A stretch of 64,000 nt of DNA from Psammoneis japonica. Taxonomy: Eukaryota. Location of the stretch: contig QPGO01000049.1 in the NCBI GenBank assembly GCA_008632985.1, forward strand, positions 124,001 through 188,000, written 5' to 3'. A program made the translations under genes and the position numbers. A model generated the notes under the pieces. It had not been told where the DNA came from. It did no database searches and saw nothing but the letters and a program-made list of their open reading frames with translations. Shown piece by piece: positions 24,101 to 37,692 of this stretch; the stretch's first letter is position 1, and the number at the start of each line of letters is the position of its first letter.

Positions 24101-25279
24101 GGCTTGATCCTATGTAGGTAGAGAATTCATGACAAGGGACGTCAGCCTGCGACCACATCATCCTCTTCTCATACTACATAATACATCATTATCAATTGAA
24201 ACTTACAGGGCAGTCTTTTCCGAGGTTCGCCGACTTGGCGCACTCACTTCCTGCAAGATCCACCAAATGCAGCCTTCCTTTGCATTCCAAGACCGATCCG
24301 TCAGCGACTCTTTGATTCGCTTCAACCTTGATGGTAAAAATGCAGTGGGAACGCGATGAACTCTTGTTCATATTGGTTTCCCCAATTTTCCGATGCTGTT
24401 GCGCATTCCTCATTAGACCCAACACGTTCTCGGCGGATTGCACTTCTTTCTCCGAAAGTCCTCTAAGGACAAATTTGAAAAGACAAGGAAAACAATAGAC
24501 AATGTAGAGGTTAGGACAATAAAGATCAGCAAAGAGTGGATGCTTTAGGTGATTCCTTACCTGCAGAATGGACCATTTTTGCCTTCCATGATCTCAAGCT
24601 TCGCTTTCCGTTTTGCAGAATGATCGATCAATAGATCGCAGAGCTCTTCGTTGTAGATCTCAAGATAAGAGCATGTGACGGTGTACGATTGATACGCAGG
24701 ATTCTTTAAGGCTTTAAAGATTGCCTGTCACGAGAGTTTCAAGAGACTTTGTAGTTAGGGCGTGACAGAGAAAACCGGTGTGGAATGAGAAATTTGCGTT
24801 TCAGTACGTCCTTACCTGAGCCGATCTAGGGATGACCCCGTGAGATTCAGGATGTGACAGATCCCCTTCCATTGTATGGGTTTTGCCTGTTCCAGTTTGA
24901 CCATAGGCAAAGACAGTGCTTTCATATCCAAGGAGAACATCTCTGATTGAATCAGCAAGCAACAAGGCCACAATGAGGTGAGAATTGAGTAGATGCATAC
25001 ACGTAGGACGATGACACAGTGGTTGTTGGATATCCACCACATTTCTTCTTACTTAATCACAGGCTTTAGAGTGGTCTCAAATACTTCCTCTTGAGTCGAG
25101 AATGCCGTAAAAACATTGTCAAAGCTGTAGGATGATCGAGCTTGCCGTGAACCTTGTCCCTTGATAACGGTGACAGTCTTGTCGTTGGTAGATGCTGAAA
25201 TAACCGGCAGCGTCCCGTGCTTCTTCTCCTTGTCGTTTAAGGGTCTCAGCCTCACGACGACCTCCACAGAGGACGCCAT
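21179..25279 (-). CDS. Kinesin-5 (BimC/Eg5-like), multi-exon; probable 1-nt deletion at 23745
   Basis: [83 protein letters not shown] motifs. Adding one base restores GIVNKP and links to the 847-aa coiled-coil tail. Confidence 0.9.
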
Positions 25280-25865
25280 TGTTGCTCTTCGTCTCCGTCG
25301 TTTTTTTGGCAGTTGATGTCTTCACACTTTCACGTGATGACTGATGATGAAGTAACGGACAAAAAAATTTGAATTCGAAAGGTCGGTTCCACGTGCGAGC
25401 TACGTAAACAAACCACTGTGTGTAGGAAACAACGATCTAATTGTACTGTCGTAGAAGCAGTATGAAACTCGAGGAGACGTCTCTCCGTCGCACGGAGAAA
25501 GAATGAAATGAAGGACGGACGGTGTACGGTCTGGGCTCGTACGTCGAGATGATTGATGATGGATGCGATTTTCGAGATCGCGGACGATGAACGATGATGA
25601 CGATGTTGTGGTTATTTTGGTTTTTGAAACTTTCAACTTAACTTCTGCGTTCTCCGTTTAACATATCCGTTCAACGCTAAGTGATTCAGTTACTACTATC
25701 GGAAGTGATTGGTGACAGGTGGCAGTAGTGATCTTTCTAGTTGGAAAGGCGGTCAAAAATGGGGGACAATTCGGAAGATGTTTTTCATCTTGCAAAGGTA
25801 ATTGACTGACGACCCAAAAAGGGAATACCGGTATTAGCTCTGCACACCGTGATTCAGCGCTGACA

Positions 25866-26267
25866 ATGGACTCCAATCCATCTCTTCTCTTTCTGCAGGC
25901 TGACTTGTGGCGACCATGCGTCGAAAGCGGGAAACCGTATCTGCCCCCTACTTATGATCAAGATGGAGGATTCATCCACGCGACAAAAGAACCCGAAATG
26001 CTGATTGGAGTCGCAAACCACTTTTACAAAACCGACCCAAGCGAGTATTTGTTACTTCAGATATCGCCTGAGAAATTGGAGGGAGCAAAAGTGAAATATG
26101 AACCGGCTGCACCTGTTGGTGAAACCAAAGCACACGACACGAAGGAAGCAACATTGTTTCCGCATATATACGGACCATTGAACACGTCAAGTGTAATCAA
26201 AGAGTTCAAGGTGGCTCGTGCTTCAGACGGTACCTTTATCTCTGTGCCGGGTCTAACTGATTCATAA
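25866..26267 (+). CDS. DUF952 family protein
   Basis: YDQDGGFIHAT, VANHFY, LLLQI..KL..VKYE and LFPHIYGPLN match the family pattern. Confidence 0.82.
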   Translation: MDSNPSLLFLQADLWRPCVESGKPYLPPTYDQDGGFIHATKEPEMLIGVANHFYKTDPSEYLLLQISPEKLEGAKVKYEPAAPVGETKAHDTKEATLFPHIYGPLNTSSVIKEFKVARASDGTFISVPGLTDS

Positions 26268-26427
26268 TCATTAACGAAAACAACAGGACCTTTGTCGCAG
26301 CCAGTATCCTATTAACAAATCAATGATAAAAATCACGGGGAGTGCCCTGTGTCGCACATTACTGCATCGAAGGTTAAACCAAGCATTCGTTCGAATCACC
26401 ATTTTTGTTACAGTAACTGCCATTATA

Positions 26428-29400
26428 CTACCTAGAGGCCATCCTTGATCCCCGACGGACTTGGGAGGTCGTTTTTGAAGACAGCCTTTTGGTACTGCCG
26501 TCGCGGCTGGACCTCTTCTTCCTACTAGAACTGCCTGACTTCTTCTTGGAAAGACTCTTCCTTCTAGAATCTTCGCGACTCAACTTTCGTCGGCAATCCT
26601 TCAGGACACCAGCCTTAATTCCTGGTCCAGTCTTTTTGACGAATTGTCTTGGAATAAAATCTGCGGGCTTTCCACCGCGAAACAGCTCATTCCCACTGTC
26701 ATCGGATGACACCCCAACGCGAGCTACGTCCGTGTGGGCATTGTTTGCGGGCTGCCCTTGATCAGAACTGTGCGCTCCATTGGGGGTCGTGGCTTCAGGT
26801 GCGCGGTCAAAGCCACCGGAGAAACTATCAGCAGCGTTGCGAATTTCCTCCAATTCCTCCGGGTCCATTGATTCAACATCACTGCTTGAGTCCGAAGCGC
26901 TTGGTCCTACTTCTTCCTCCCTGTCCGAATCGTCGTCGTCGTCTTCAGAAGCGCTTCCGCTTTCTCCTCGCTCCAAACGGCGGTGCGCACCTGCCAGTTC
27001 TGGCAACGATTCAGTTTGAATTGCAATTTCAGATGTCTCTGGAGTCACTTGCGACTCTTTAGTTTGCGTTTCCGCGTCGACGAGCTCTGCAGATTGCTCT
27101 CGCGCGCTGCTCCTTCCTTTCTGCGGGGTGATTTGTTCTGGTGCTTCTGAGTCAAAACTCGCTTCAGACCCACCCTCTGAAACGCGCCTGACTGGCGGAT
27201 CCATCGACAGCTGCAGCTTGGCTGCTTCACTGACAAAAGGAACAATGATCCTACTGGATGCAGGATGAGAAGTCGTGGATCGTTCGCCAAACTGCCAAAG
27301 CGGAACAGTAGCACCGTCGACCAGCAACTTGAGGTTATCAAGCTCTTCTCGAAGCTTCAATTCAGCTTCGTGCCTTTCCTTCATTAATCGTCTGTTTGTG
27401 TTCTGTAAATCTGCCAAATTCTCCTCGAGGTACGTAACATGCTGTTCTCGATTTGCCATCTTGTCATTGTACGTCTTGTTAATCAAGTGCAGCTCGTTCA
27501 TCTTCCAGATAATCGCCTGAAGGTCGTGTGTCTTCTTATCGAGTTGCTGGCGAAGCGTAATGGACTCCTGGGTCTCGCGCTTCTTGTTGTATCGACTCAA
27601 CGCTGCCTCCAGCTCTGCCTTCTTTGTCTCTAGCTCCTGCTGCAATTCAATGCATTTTTCACTCATTTGGAGAAAGTCACGCTCCAACTCCTTCTCCTTT
27701 GCTGCAAGAAGCCGTCCTCCAGGGGTATGAAGCTGCCTCTGGCGCTCTGCCGTGGATGCACCAGATAGGCTTCGCATTGAAGTCCGAATAGATTCGGTCG
27801 CATTTGCGTGATCTGAATGTTCCGGCGAGGAACCAGCTCCCGCATCGGCGCCACCGCCCACAGGTTCGTTCTCCCTTTCAGCCGACCCAGTCTCACTGAT
27901 GTTTTCTAGGTGGCTGTGTCCGTCTGAGGCGCTCGTTTCGCTGTGGACACTGCTGTTGAATGTCCTCACACTTCCATCTCTCTCTAGAGCGGAGGCATTT
28001 TTTGCAGCTTTCTTGGCCCCGGCCGTGCTTCGCAGCAACGCTGCTCCGCTTGGTCGATATGTACCAGCAGCGGTATCATCATGCATCTCCTCTTCTTCGA
28101 TAAGGCCACTCTCAACCAACAGAGTATCTACATCAATCAAGTCGTTCAAATCTGGTACACCGGGAGTCTTGGCTGTGATCTCCTGCGTACCTCCAGTTCC
28201 TTGAGCAGCCTTGTTTTTCAACAATCTACGATAGAACCTACGGAACTGTCGAAGGAATACAGTGGCCTCGTTCTCGCGAAATTGACTGGTACGAAGATTG
28301 TGTTCCACCTCAATCTTTCGCTGGGAAATGGTCTGAATCTCGTTCTTTGCGTCAATCAAATCTTGCACCACCTTTTTACTCTCTGCACTCAAGTTCTCAT
28401 TTTGAGTTCGCAGTACGGCGACTTCTGACTTGAGCTCCGAGATGGCATTTTCCTTGTCCGCGAACGGAGTTGAGTCGGTTCCAGCAGTATGCAAATCGCC
28501 GCTTTCGTAATCCGTCATCTCCTCTGTCCTGACCGTCTCGTTCGTACTTCCTTTCCGTACAATCACTACATAGTCTGACTCTTCCTCGTCATCGCTAAGA
28601 ATCTCGTGAATGCTCTCCCATAACGGACCGTCGTGGAGAGATTCATCGTAAGTGCCATTGGAAGCTTCTCTTTTCAAGTCACGGCATTCACTGGCGAGGG
28701 CCTTTACCAGCAAAATCAGATCCGCCTCTCTCTTTTCGGACCTCGAAAGTCGCTTCTTGTAGTAATCCGGTGTGAGTTGCGCATTTACAACCGCTGGATT
28801 CTTGATCTGCCTACAGCACTGGCCAAAACGAATCGCCGATATGGTTTCGCCAATGTTGTAGCTCGATGGCGACGCTGTCAAAATGACAGTGGTCATGCAG
28901 TTACCGCCAAAGCACTGTGCAAGCAATCGAGTCAACTTGTGTTTATCAACTGAAGAAGGCAATGCCATTTGCGATCCTTTCTGTCGCTTCATTTGCGCAC
29001 GAACAAAATTTGTCAGGGATGAGAGAGCCTTGTTAATCATCTTTGCCTCTTCCTGGACTGCGCTTGTCCCAAGAAAGTTTTGATTTTCCGTCTTGCCAGC
29101 CATTTCGCTGCCCGCGAGATCCACCAAATGTAAAACGCTCTTTTTGATTTCTCCCGTCACTGTGTTCTTTTGCTCCAGCCGAATAATGAAAATCGCATGC
29201 GATCGGCTCGAATCGGTGTTCATTTTGGTGCTGCTTACCGTTCGGCTCGCATTACCGCGATCCAAAAGAGCAAACACGTCATCCTTGTCTATACAACACA
29301 ATTCCGACGCCCCAACAATTCTGGCGTCCTCCCCCCGTTTCGGGGCTCCAGCCGCCTCATCCGAGGGGTCATTCGCAACGATACCTAGCACAGAACCACC

Positions 29401-30285
29401 ACCGCCTTCGCTCGCAGGATTTAAAAGGTCGAGAATCTTTTCCAGATAGATCTCTACATAAGAACAGCGGACTGTGTATTCCATTGACGGCGGCGAGTTC
29501 TCCAACAAGGCAAAAATAGCACTAATCGTTCTTGGGATCATTCCGAGATCTTGATCAGCCATTTTTCCACCTGTTCCAGAAGCTGGCCCATTTTCTGGAA
29601 GAGCACCTCTTGGAGGTACTTCTGGTGTGACCCTTTCATCACTATCTTCTTCATCCGTTCGAAGCCGTGACTTTTCCAGTGATCCAATGGTGCCTCCACC
29701 GGGGCCCATCATTGTGTGAGTCTTGCCAGAACCTGTTTGGCCGTACGCCATGACTGCACAATTGTATCCGTCAAAGAGCTGTCGCGCCACGGGAGCAGCA
29801 GTGTGCTCAAATACATCTGCCTGAGAAGCATCCTCATCAAATACCTTAATGAAGAACAAAGAAAGAGAGGTAGAAAGACAAAGGTTGAGAAGGATCAAGC
29901 TACGATGCTCACGAATTTTTCAAAAAAGGAGAGGGAGGAAAAATATCAATTTCAAAATTATGACGTCATGATGAGCAAACATTGTCCAATCAAAACTGTT
30001 CATCAGTCGACAAGCGAAGCGCCAAATGTCCATCACATAAGTATTAATTCGCATCGTACGAACACCTACCCGATCGAACCCAAAATCGTACTCCCCCTCT
30101 AGCGGTGAGTCCACGGTCACAATGTGCGGATCGTCATGAAACTCGACACAGTTCTTGCTTCGCCTGGAGGCTTCCAGCTTGTTCATGGGCCGAAGACGAA
30201 TACATACTCGAACGTTAGCGCTGTTGGAGTGATCCCAATCCTGTACGTCCAAGTCATCGCCGTAGCTCTCGTCATCAGACGCCAT
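26428..30285 (-). CDS. Kinesin heavy chain-like (kinesin-1-related) motor, paralog A; exons 30285-30070, 29844-26428
   Basis: VCIRLRP, FDR|VFDEDA, AYGQTGSGKTHTM, SYVEIYLE, SSRSHAIF and LVDLAGSE motifs, followed by a coiled-coil stalk. Confidence 0.9.
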
Positions 30286-30565
30286 TGCTCCTCTCTGGAA
30301 AATGAGTGTTGCTGTGAAACCCGCCGCGACCTCGAAAATGTATTTTTGTATTCAGACTTTAGACATTTAATATCTCTTCATGCCATATATGGTCATGATG
30401 TCCAATTATGTTAGTAAGAATGACTTTCTGAATGACTGGTCATTTTCATAATATTCAAGGATGTATACGATCATTTACTTTCCCTCCACCTTGCGTATGT
30501 GCTTCGTCCGTTCGATCAAAATTCCAAAACCACCTCACAAATCGCAAACATTCGAGGTGGTGACG

Positions 30566-32102
30566 ATGAGGACGAGCGGTTCACCGCTGCACGCCACCAA
30601 AGTCATCTTCACAGCAGTAGCCGCATCCACGTATCGCGTAGTTGTGAATGGATTTGTTCCTCAACTATCGACCCAAAACTTCCTGTCGACGAGAACGAAA
30701 ATCTCTGCTTCATCGAGACCGCGTTTTCTTCACGACACACCACTTGCAATGCAAAAGGGCGAGTCCATGGCGGAACAAAATCCCCCATTTCCGATATCTG
30801 GACATGTCCTTGAGACTCTAGATCCATGTGTTGTTCTCATGAAGTCACTCATTTCAAAGTATTCTCACTTGTGGGACGAGCGCGGTGGCATCTATAGTCT
30901 GGCACAAGGCGTCGTATACTGGGAACCGCCTCCATCAACTTACGAGGCCATTTCAGAATCCATCAAAGACACTAAAAAATATGCTCTACACACCTATTGT
31001 CCTGATGAAGGCTTGGATGAGTTTCGAGAAGCTTTACAGAAAAAGTTAGCATCCGAAAATGCCTTGTCCAATCACAACGTGATGATTACTGCTGGGGCGA
31101 ACCAAGCCTTTGTCAATTGTGCCGTTTCATTTCTGTCTCAAGGCGACAAATGCGTCGTATTCAAACCGTACTACTTTAATCACGTTATGGCGATTCAAAT
31201 GACAAAGGGCAACGAAGCACTCGTGGTTGGCTCGTGTACCAGCCAGGGGATTCCAGACGTTGAATGGCTCGAATCGGAGCTTCAATCCGATCCTTCCATT
31301 CGTGTTGTAACAGTGGTAAATCCTGGCAATCCCACGGGTGTCAGTCTGGAAAGGAGTGTGTTACAGAAAATTGTGGATATATGTGGAAAACATGGGGCGT
31401 GGCTGGTTTTGGACTGTACCTACGAACATTTTGATCACACAAGAGCCAACAATCTTGATCAAGTGCCATTTGCAGGCTTTTGTGAGGAGCACGTGATTCA
31501 CATCTTCAGCTTTAGTAAAGGACATGCACTGGCTGGATTTCGCTGTGGATATGTCGCCATATCAAAGGAGGAGCTGGGAGAGAAAGCCTATGAACAAATG
31601 CTCAAAGTAAGTACGGAGTATGTATCTTCTGTAGCGCATGCGGCATTCGCCGGTTCAAAAGTGATAGACGACGATAACTTTCGACTGTTTCTCCCTCTTC
31701 GTGTTATAGGTCCAAGACACGATACCTATATGCCCCTCTCGTATTGGACAGGTTGCTGCAATGGGAGCAATGGAGGCGGGGCGTTCCTGGGTGCAAGAAA
31801 AGGTCTCGACACTTGACATAGGGAGAAAGGCGATTCTCGATGCATTGAGCCCTCTTGAAACAATAATGGGAGGAACCGGCGCAATGTATGTCATGGCAAA
31901 GCTACCTGAAGGCCTGGATGATCAAGAGGTTGCCGAGCACTTGGTCGAACGATATGGAATTGCTGTAATTCCCGGTTCCTTTTGCGGTTTGCCCGGATAT
32001 CTCCGAGTCTGCTACTCCAACCTACCTCCAGAGGAGTGCAAAGTTGCCGCCAAGAGATTAGCATCAGGTATCAAAGAGTTGCGCTGCACTCCAGCTAGAT
32101 AG
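30566..32102 (+). CDS. PLP-dependent class I/II aminotransferase (ISS1/VAS1 aromatic aminotransferase-like); intron 31607-31709
   Basis: SLAQGVVYWEPP, TAGANQAF, NPGNPTG, DCTYE, FSFSKGHALAGFRCGY (PLP Lys), K|VQDTIPIC and YLRVCY. N-terminal presequence-like extension; start uncertain. Confidence 0.88.
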
Positions 32103-32187
32103 CATGGCGTAGCGGTACAGTTTCCCATAAATGACAAATTTTTGAACTATTTTGGCTACTGACTGAACCTCTCGAAAATGCAACTCA

Positions 32188-34818
32188 CTATTCGTCGAGC
32201 TTACCGATCAGGCGGTCCAAGAAAAAACTCCCGTCCAGATTATCCGCAACAGGACCTTCCTGATTCCCTCCCCCAATGACGGGTAGTACAATTCGACTAG
32301 CTAGCGTCCGATCGTTGATTCTATTTTCGCCGAACTGCCATAAAGGGACAGTCATGCCGTCGACCAATGATCTCAAATTATCGAGTTCCTTCCGAAGTTT
32401 CTTCTCTGACTCCTGACTCGAAAGAAGAATAAGCCCGTTTACTTTCTGCAGATCTACCAACTTCTTCTCAAGAATAATGACTCGCTGTTCTCTGCTTGCC
32501 ATCTTGTTATTGAATGTCTCATTGATTACATGGAGCTCGTTCATCTTCCATACAACAGCCTGTAGGTCGTGATTCTTCCTTTCGAGTTGTTGCTGGAGCA
32601 TCATTGCTTCTTGTGCTAGGTCAACCTGGTCACTGCCACTCATCAATTTCTTCATTGACCCCCAGCCTTGTGATATCATTGTTGCAGACTCTTGTTGTTC
32701 CTTCAGGGCCATTTGCAACTCAAAACATTGCTCCGTAACCCTCAACAGCTCTTTCTGAAGCATTTTCACTTCCATGGCTTCAGAATCCATTTCATCATCA
32801 TCATTCGCGGCATCGTCAGCTTCGATATCTTCCATACTCTCCATATCTTCTTCGTCAATGACACCTTTTTCCAGAAGTAGCATATCAATGTCAATCATCC
32901 CTTTCATTTCCGGTACCCCAGGAACCATGGCAATGAGTTCTTCAATCTTGCCGCTCCCATGAACTCCTCTATGCTTCATTAACCGATTGAAGAACCTCCG
33001 AAACTGCCGCAAGAATATTCCTAGCTCCTTCTCACGAAAGTGATTCATACGAAGATCGTGCTCCAGCTCAGTTTTGCGTTGTGACACCACCTGGATTTCG
33101 TACTCGGCATCAATCAACTCTTGCATCGCTTTCTTGCTTTCCGCGCTGTAAAACTCATTTTTGCTTCGAAGGACAGCCACCTCAGATTGAAGTTCAGTTA
33201 CTGCATTTTCCGCTCTATCCCTGGCCTCATTGGCTTCCTCCACTTCCCTTTCCAGCCGGAGGATCTCCTTTCTGTCAGATTCCATCCTGTCATAAATATC
33301 TCCTTCTTCAACAAGATTTGGTTCCTTGGGGGGTTTGACGGAGTCTTCCTCCTCCTTGTCTGAATCCTCGTCATTTTCTCGTAGAGCTTCGTCAATGGCA
33401 AGCTTGACATGACTGTCTTCAAGAGGATCGGTCTCCGATTCACCCTTACATTCCGCGAGAAGAATCTTTACCAGTGCTTTTAGCTTTCGTTCCTTCTCTG
33501 CCCATTTTCTTTTCGACATTTTGTGCTTTTGCTGATATTTCTCGAGCTTTCTCTCGCATTCATCTGGATTGAACTCTTCATTAACGACAGGCAAATTCCT
33601 GATGCCCCTGCAGACCTTCCCAAAGCGCAACGTATCAACAGTGTCTCCAACATTGTAGCTCGATGGCGACGCTGTCAAAAGCACGGTCGTCAGACAATTT
33701 CCACCAAATGATGGATGGACCAGTCGAGTAAGCTTTGACTGATTCAGCGCTGCTTCCAGAACCTCTGTATCACCTGTCTTTTTTGCCTTGGCTCGTACCA
33801 TACTCGTCATGGCTGCGATGGATTTGTTATTCATCATTCCCTCCACAGACACGGACTGCTGGATTTGTTGCCCATCCGTGCTGGAGGAAGTCATGGATGC
33901 CGCCTCACTGCCCGCAAGATCCAGCATGTGCATTACGCTCTTCTTTCGTTCCCCGGTAATCCTGTTTCTCTGTTCAATCTTCATGATGAAAACAACGTGA
34001 GATCGACTCGAATCCGTGCTCATTTTGATACCGCTCGCGGTCCGAAAGGCATTGCCACGATTCAAGAGAGAAATGACATCGGCCTTGTCAATACAGCACA
34101 ATTCCGAAACACCAACAATCTGTGCTCCTTCTTCCGGCTTGGTCTTGTTTTCCACAATCCGTAGCGCCACGCCACCGACACCGCCGGGAGTCAAGAGATC
34201 CAACACTTTTTCTAGAAAAATCTCCACGTACGAACACCGAACCGTGTATTCGATATTGGGAGAGGACTCGTCCATCAAGTCAAACACTTCTCCCGCCACT
34301 CTTGGAATTACCCCTTCTGCGTCTTGAGGGTCCGGTGGTTCCATCTTATTATTATTGCCAGACTTTGGCGATTCAGCTGCAGCGCTGTCGTCAAAGCCCA
34401 GCATGGTATGAGACTTGCCGCTACCACTTTGACCATAGGCCATTATGGTGCAGTTGATGCCCTGGAGCAAGGAATCTACCATGGGTGCAATAGTTTTTTC
34501 AAACACCTCGACTTGTGTCGCGTCCTCATCAAAGACCTATAGACATTGCAACCCGCATGTATAAGCATGCGCGAACGCAATAATTACACATAATTTATCG
34601 ACTTGTGAACTTACTCGATCAAAACTGAAATCATATTCTCCTTCCAGAGGTGAATTGACTGTCAACGTGCGGGGGTCATCCTCGTGAAGCTCGATGCAGT
34701 TCTTGCTTCTCCTGGACGTTTCAAACTTGTTCATGGGACGGATACGAAGACAGACTTGAATACGCTTCCCTTCTTGTCCTTCTTGCTGTAGCTCGATGCT
34801 GTTTTCGTCCGACGACAT
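32188..34818 (-). CDS. Kinesin heavy chain-like motor, paralog B; exons 34818-34615, 34536-32188
   Basis: Same intron position (FDR|VFDEDA) as paralog A. AYGQSGSGKS, SSRSHVVF and DLAGSE motifs. Shares FLRQFRRF, HDLQAxxWKMNELH and VPLWQFGE with paralog A. Confidence 0.9.
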
Positions 34819-35162
34819 GGTGAAAAATGAACTAGCTCTATTCTCAAAGGTTCAGTAATGTTTGCGACTGGAGTGTTGGAGTATATAGTGACCTTGACAC
34901 CTTTATTGCTGTTGATGCAAGATTTGCGATGTCGTTGCTTCTTCTTGTTTTTTTTATTTCAGCGTGTTTGTTTTGGCGGGAGGTCATTATGACATTTTTT
35001 GCAGATGACCGACTTTGCATTCCATTATTCGTAATCTCATATTGAAAATAAAACCGCAGACAAAACTGACAACCAGCCTCCCGACAAACGCACACAACAG
35101 ACATCGCGTTTGAGATCAAAAGAAAAAGCTGAGGAGAACCACTCGATCACGACACTTTCACC

Positions 35163-35960
35163 ATGGGAAAAAAGTCGGGCGGTCGCGTCCGCGTCAAGCA
35201 GGTCGGACCGAAGAGTGCACCTGTTAATCCGTTGGATGCACTTGCAATTCCACCAGAAGAAATGATCAACCTGCCGCCAAAGCGAGACTCCAACATTACT
35301 CACGTGTGGCCACTCAGTGAGTGCGATTGAATACGAAAATGAATGAATTTCATATTCAATAGTTTGAAAGCTTCGTCAAGTTTCTGCTCACATTTTCCTG
35401 ACAACAATGTTGATGCGTTTGTTTTTATTTTAGCCGAGACGTTCACTATGGAGTTTAAGCAGTTTGCGCAAATATATCCCAATTATATTGATTCCACAAA
35501 AACAATAAAACGCGGTCGTCGTATTTCAGCCGAGGAAGCCGTTCCAACACCCACTGTGATGGATATTACCATGGCGCTGCAATCCATGGGCATTCGGCAC
35601 GCGGTTCAACCCTACAAAGGATACTCACGGGATATTGAATCGCGGTGGGACAATCCCGGAAGGGTCTATGTCAATCTCGAAAAGACAGACGGAGGAGGAG
35701 TCCCCGAAGGCGGCTTTGATGTGGACAACTTGCCCGACATTCAGGATGATTCGGCGTCTTGGAACAAAAAGGCGCTCATGCGAGAAATTGCCAAAAGGAT
35801 ACCCACGTTGCCCAGTCGTATCGAAAGACTTGAAAAGGAAAAGAAAGAAAAAGAGGAAGCTGATCGTAAAGCAAAAGAAGAAGCGGCTGCGGCGCACAAG
35901 GCTGCGTCACAAAAGGCAAGCACCGTGTCCAAGAAGAAAAAGGGCAAGAAGAAACGCTAG
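35163..35960 (+). CDS. SRP19: Signal recognition particle 19 kDa protein; intron 35317-35433
   Basis: IYPNYIDSTKTIKRGRRI..AVPTPT, KGYSRD..NPGRV and NKKALM motifs with a Lys-rich tail. The GT-AG intron keeps the frame. Confidence 0.92.
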
Positions 35961-36100
35961 CTCGAACGTAGGTCCAACTGACCATTCGTCAATAAAACTG
36001 TAACGCTGCACGGTGACTTTTAAAGCGTGTTCTATAGCTCTGTACCTTGTATGTATGGCAGGAATCAGCAAGCCTACAGTTATTCCAATGATATTTGCAG

Positions 36101-37323
36101 TCACTCGTACTCATCATCATATTCACCCTCGTCGTATATCTCCTCATCATATTCATCCTCTTCCTCATAACCCTCATCATCATACTCCTCTTGCTCTCGA
36201 CGACTCCGCGATGATTCGCCTCTTCTTGGTTGTTCTTGAAGACGAACTCCACCAGGAGGCGCGGACATTCGTCGTCTCGCCACAAAGGTTCCCACTTGCA
36301 CTCGCCTGGCACCCCGTCCAAACCGTTGTTTCCGCATTTCATAAATTTTCCCAACAATCTTGATGACATGACGATCCGCAATCTTTCTTCGAAAGTAGCC
36401 CTTGTACAGCATGAGAACGGGCTTTTCGTCCCTTGGTCCCTGAAAGGCTCGAGCTTGGAATTCAAGCGAGCAAGACTTGGGCCAAGACTTTTCTTTGAAC
36501 ATGTAGGGTGTGCGATAGACTTCATCTTCATACTTTGTAATGCAATCTCCGCGTGGCGTCAACTCAACATTGGCGGCACACGATGCAAAGGGACCGTCGG
36601 GTAACTTGCCGACTGGTTGGAGATGAGTGAAAGCAAAAATGTGAGCAAGACTCATGGTAATGACAATCGTTTTTGTTTTCTCAAAAAGACATTATTACCT
36701 TGCTGGTCCAATCGCCATACACCATAAACCTCATCCCGTTTCACATGTTTTGGAGAAACGAGATAGAATGCAGCTTTTCCGGATGTCTTTAGCGAAGTGA
36801 CGGCTGCCGATGTGGTGACATCGACCGTTTTCTTGGCGAGGCCAGCCGCAGTACCAAGTGCACCACCACTTCTTCTTTTAGAAGATGACGAGCGATACTG
36901 ACTGTTTCGCGGTGGTGGTCGTCTTCTTCTTTGGTAATCATCAGGACGACGATTTAGTGGCGGTGGCCGTCTTGCGCGAGACTCTTCTTCTTGTTCCTCT
37001 GAATAGTCTTCTTCGTAATCATCATACGAGTATTCATCATCATAGCCGCCGTCTAGAGGATTAAACTGCACAGCACCACCACGAACACCATCTATTCCAG
37101 TCTTTGTTGCTGTTGGATCGTACTCACACACTCCATTCACACATTCTAATGGTTGAGACTTCTTCTTTGTCGTTGATGGCTTTGTTGTTGTCACGGTACG
37201 ATTGTGGTTGGCAAAGACCGCAGCAAGGAAACATGAGTGGTGATGAAAATGTGAGGATCTAGCGGCAGTCACCTTTGTGATACAGGAAAGAATCACAGGC
37301 AGAACAACAAGAGGTTTTAACAT
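36101..37323 (-). CDS. Hypothetical signal-peptide protein; intron 36613-36698
   Basis: ORFs 36652..37323 and 36101..36655 join in frame through a GT-AG intron (LDQQ|VGK). Signal peptide and acidic Tyr-rich tracts. Confidence 0.7.
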
Positions 37324-37537
37324 TGTCTCTGTTGCTTTTTGATATGCGTTGCTGTGTTACTGATTTTACTGTACTGTAGTCTACTTTCCACTTTCCACTT
37401 TGTACTTGACACGTACCATGATGATGGGCGCGGCGGGGGACCCGGGCATGATTAAAACCCATAACCTTTTTAATTCCACGTGGCAAGAACAATTTAAAAG
37501 AGGGTTCATCATCACAAAAGAGAAACTCTTATAACGA

Positions 37538-37611
37538 GCTCGCTTAGCTCAGTTGGTTAGAGCACGTCATTAGTAATGACGAGGTCGCTGGTTCGAATCC
37601 GGCAGTGAGCT
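37538..37611 (+). tRNA. tRNA-Thr (anticodon AGT)
   Basis: Cloverleaf: GCTCGCT/AGTGAGC acceptor, GCTC/GAGC D-stem, CGTCA-TTAGTAA-TGACG anticodon arm, GCTGG-TTCGAAT-CCGGC T-arm. TTTT follows. Confidence 0.96.
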
Positions 37612-37692
37612 GTTTTGCTCGAATAGCAGCATGGCATGTGACTTTTGCTTTTTGGGCAGGACAGGTGATCAACAATGTGGCAACTGCTGGTG

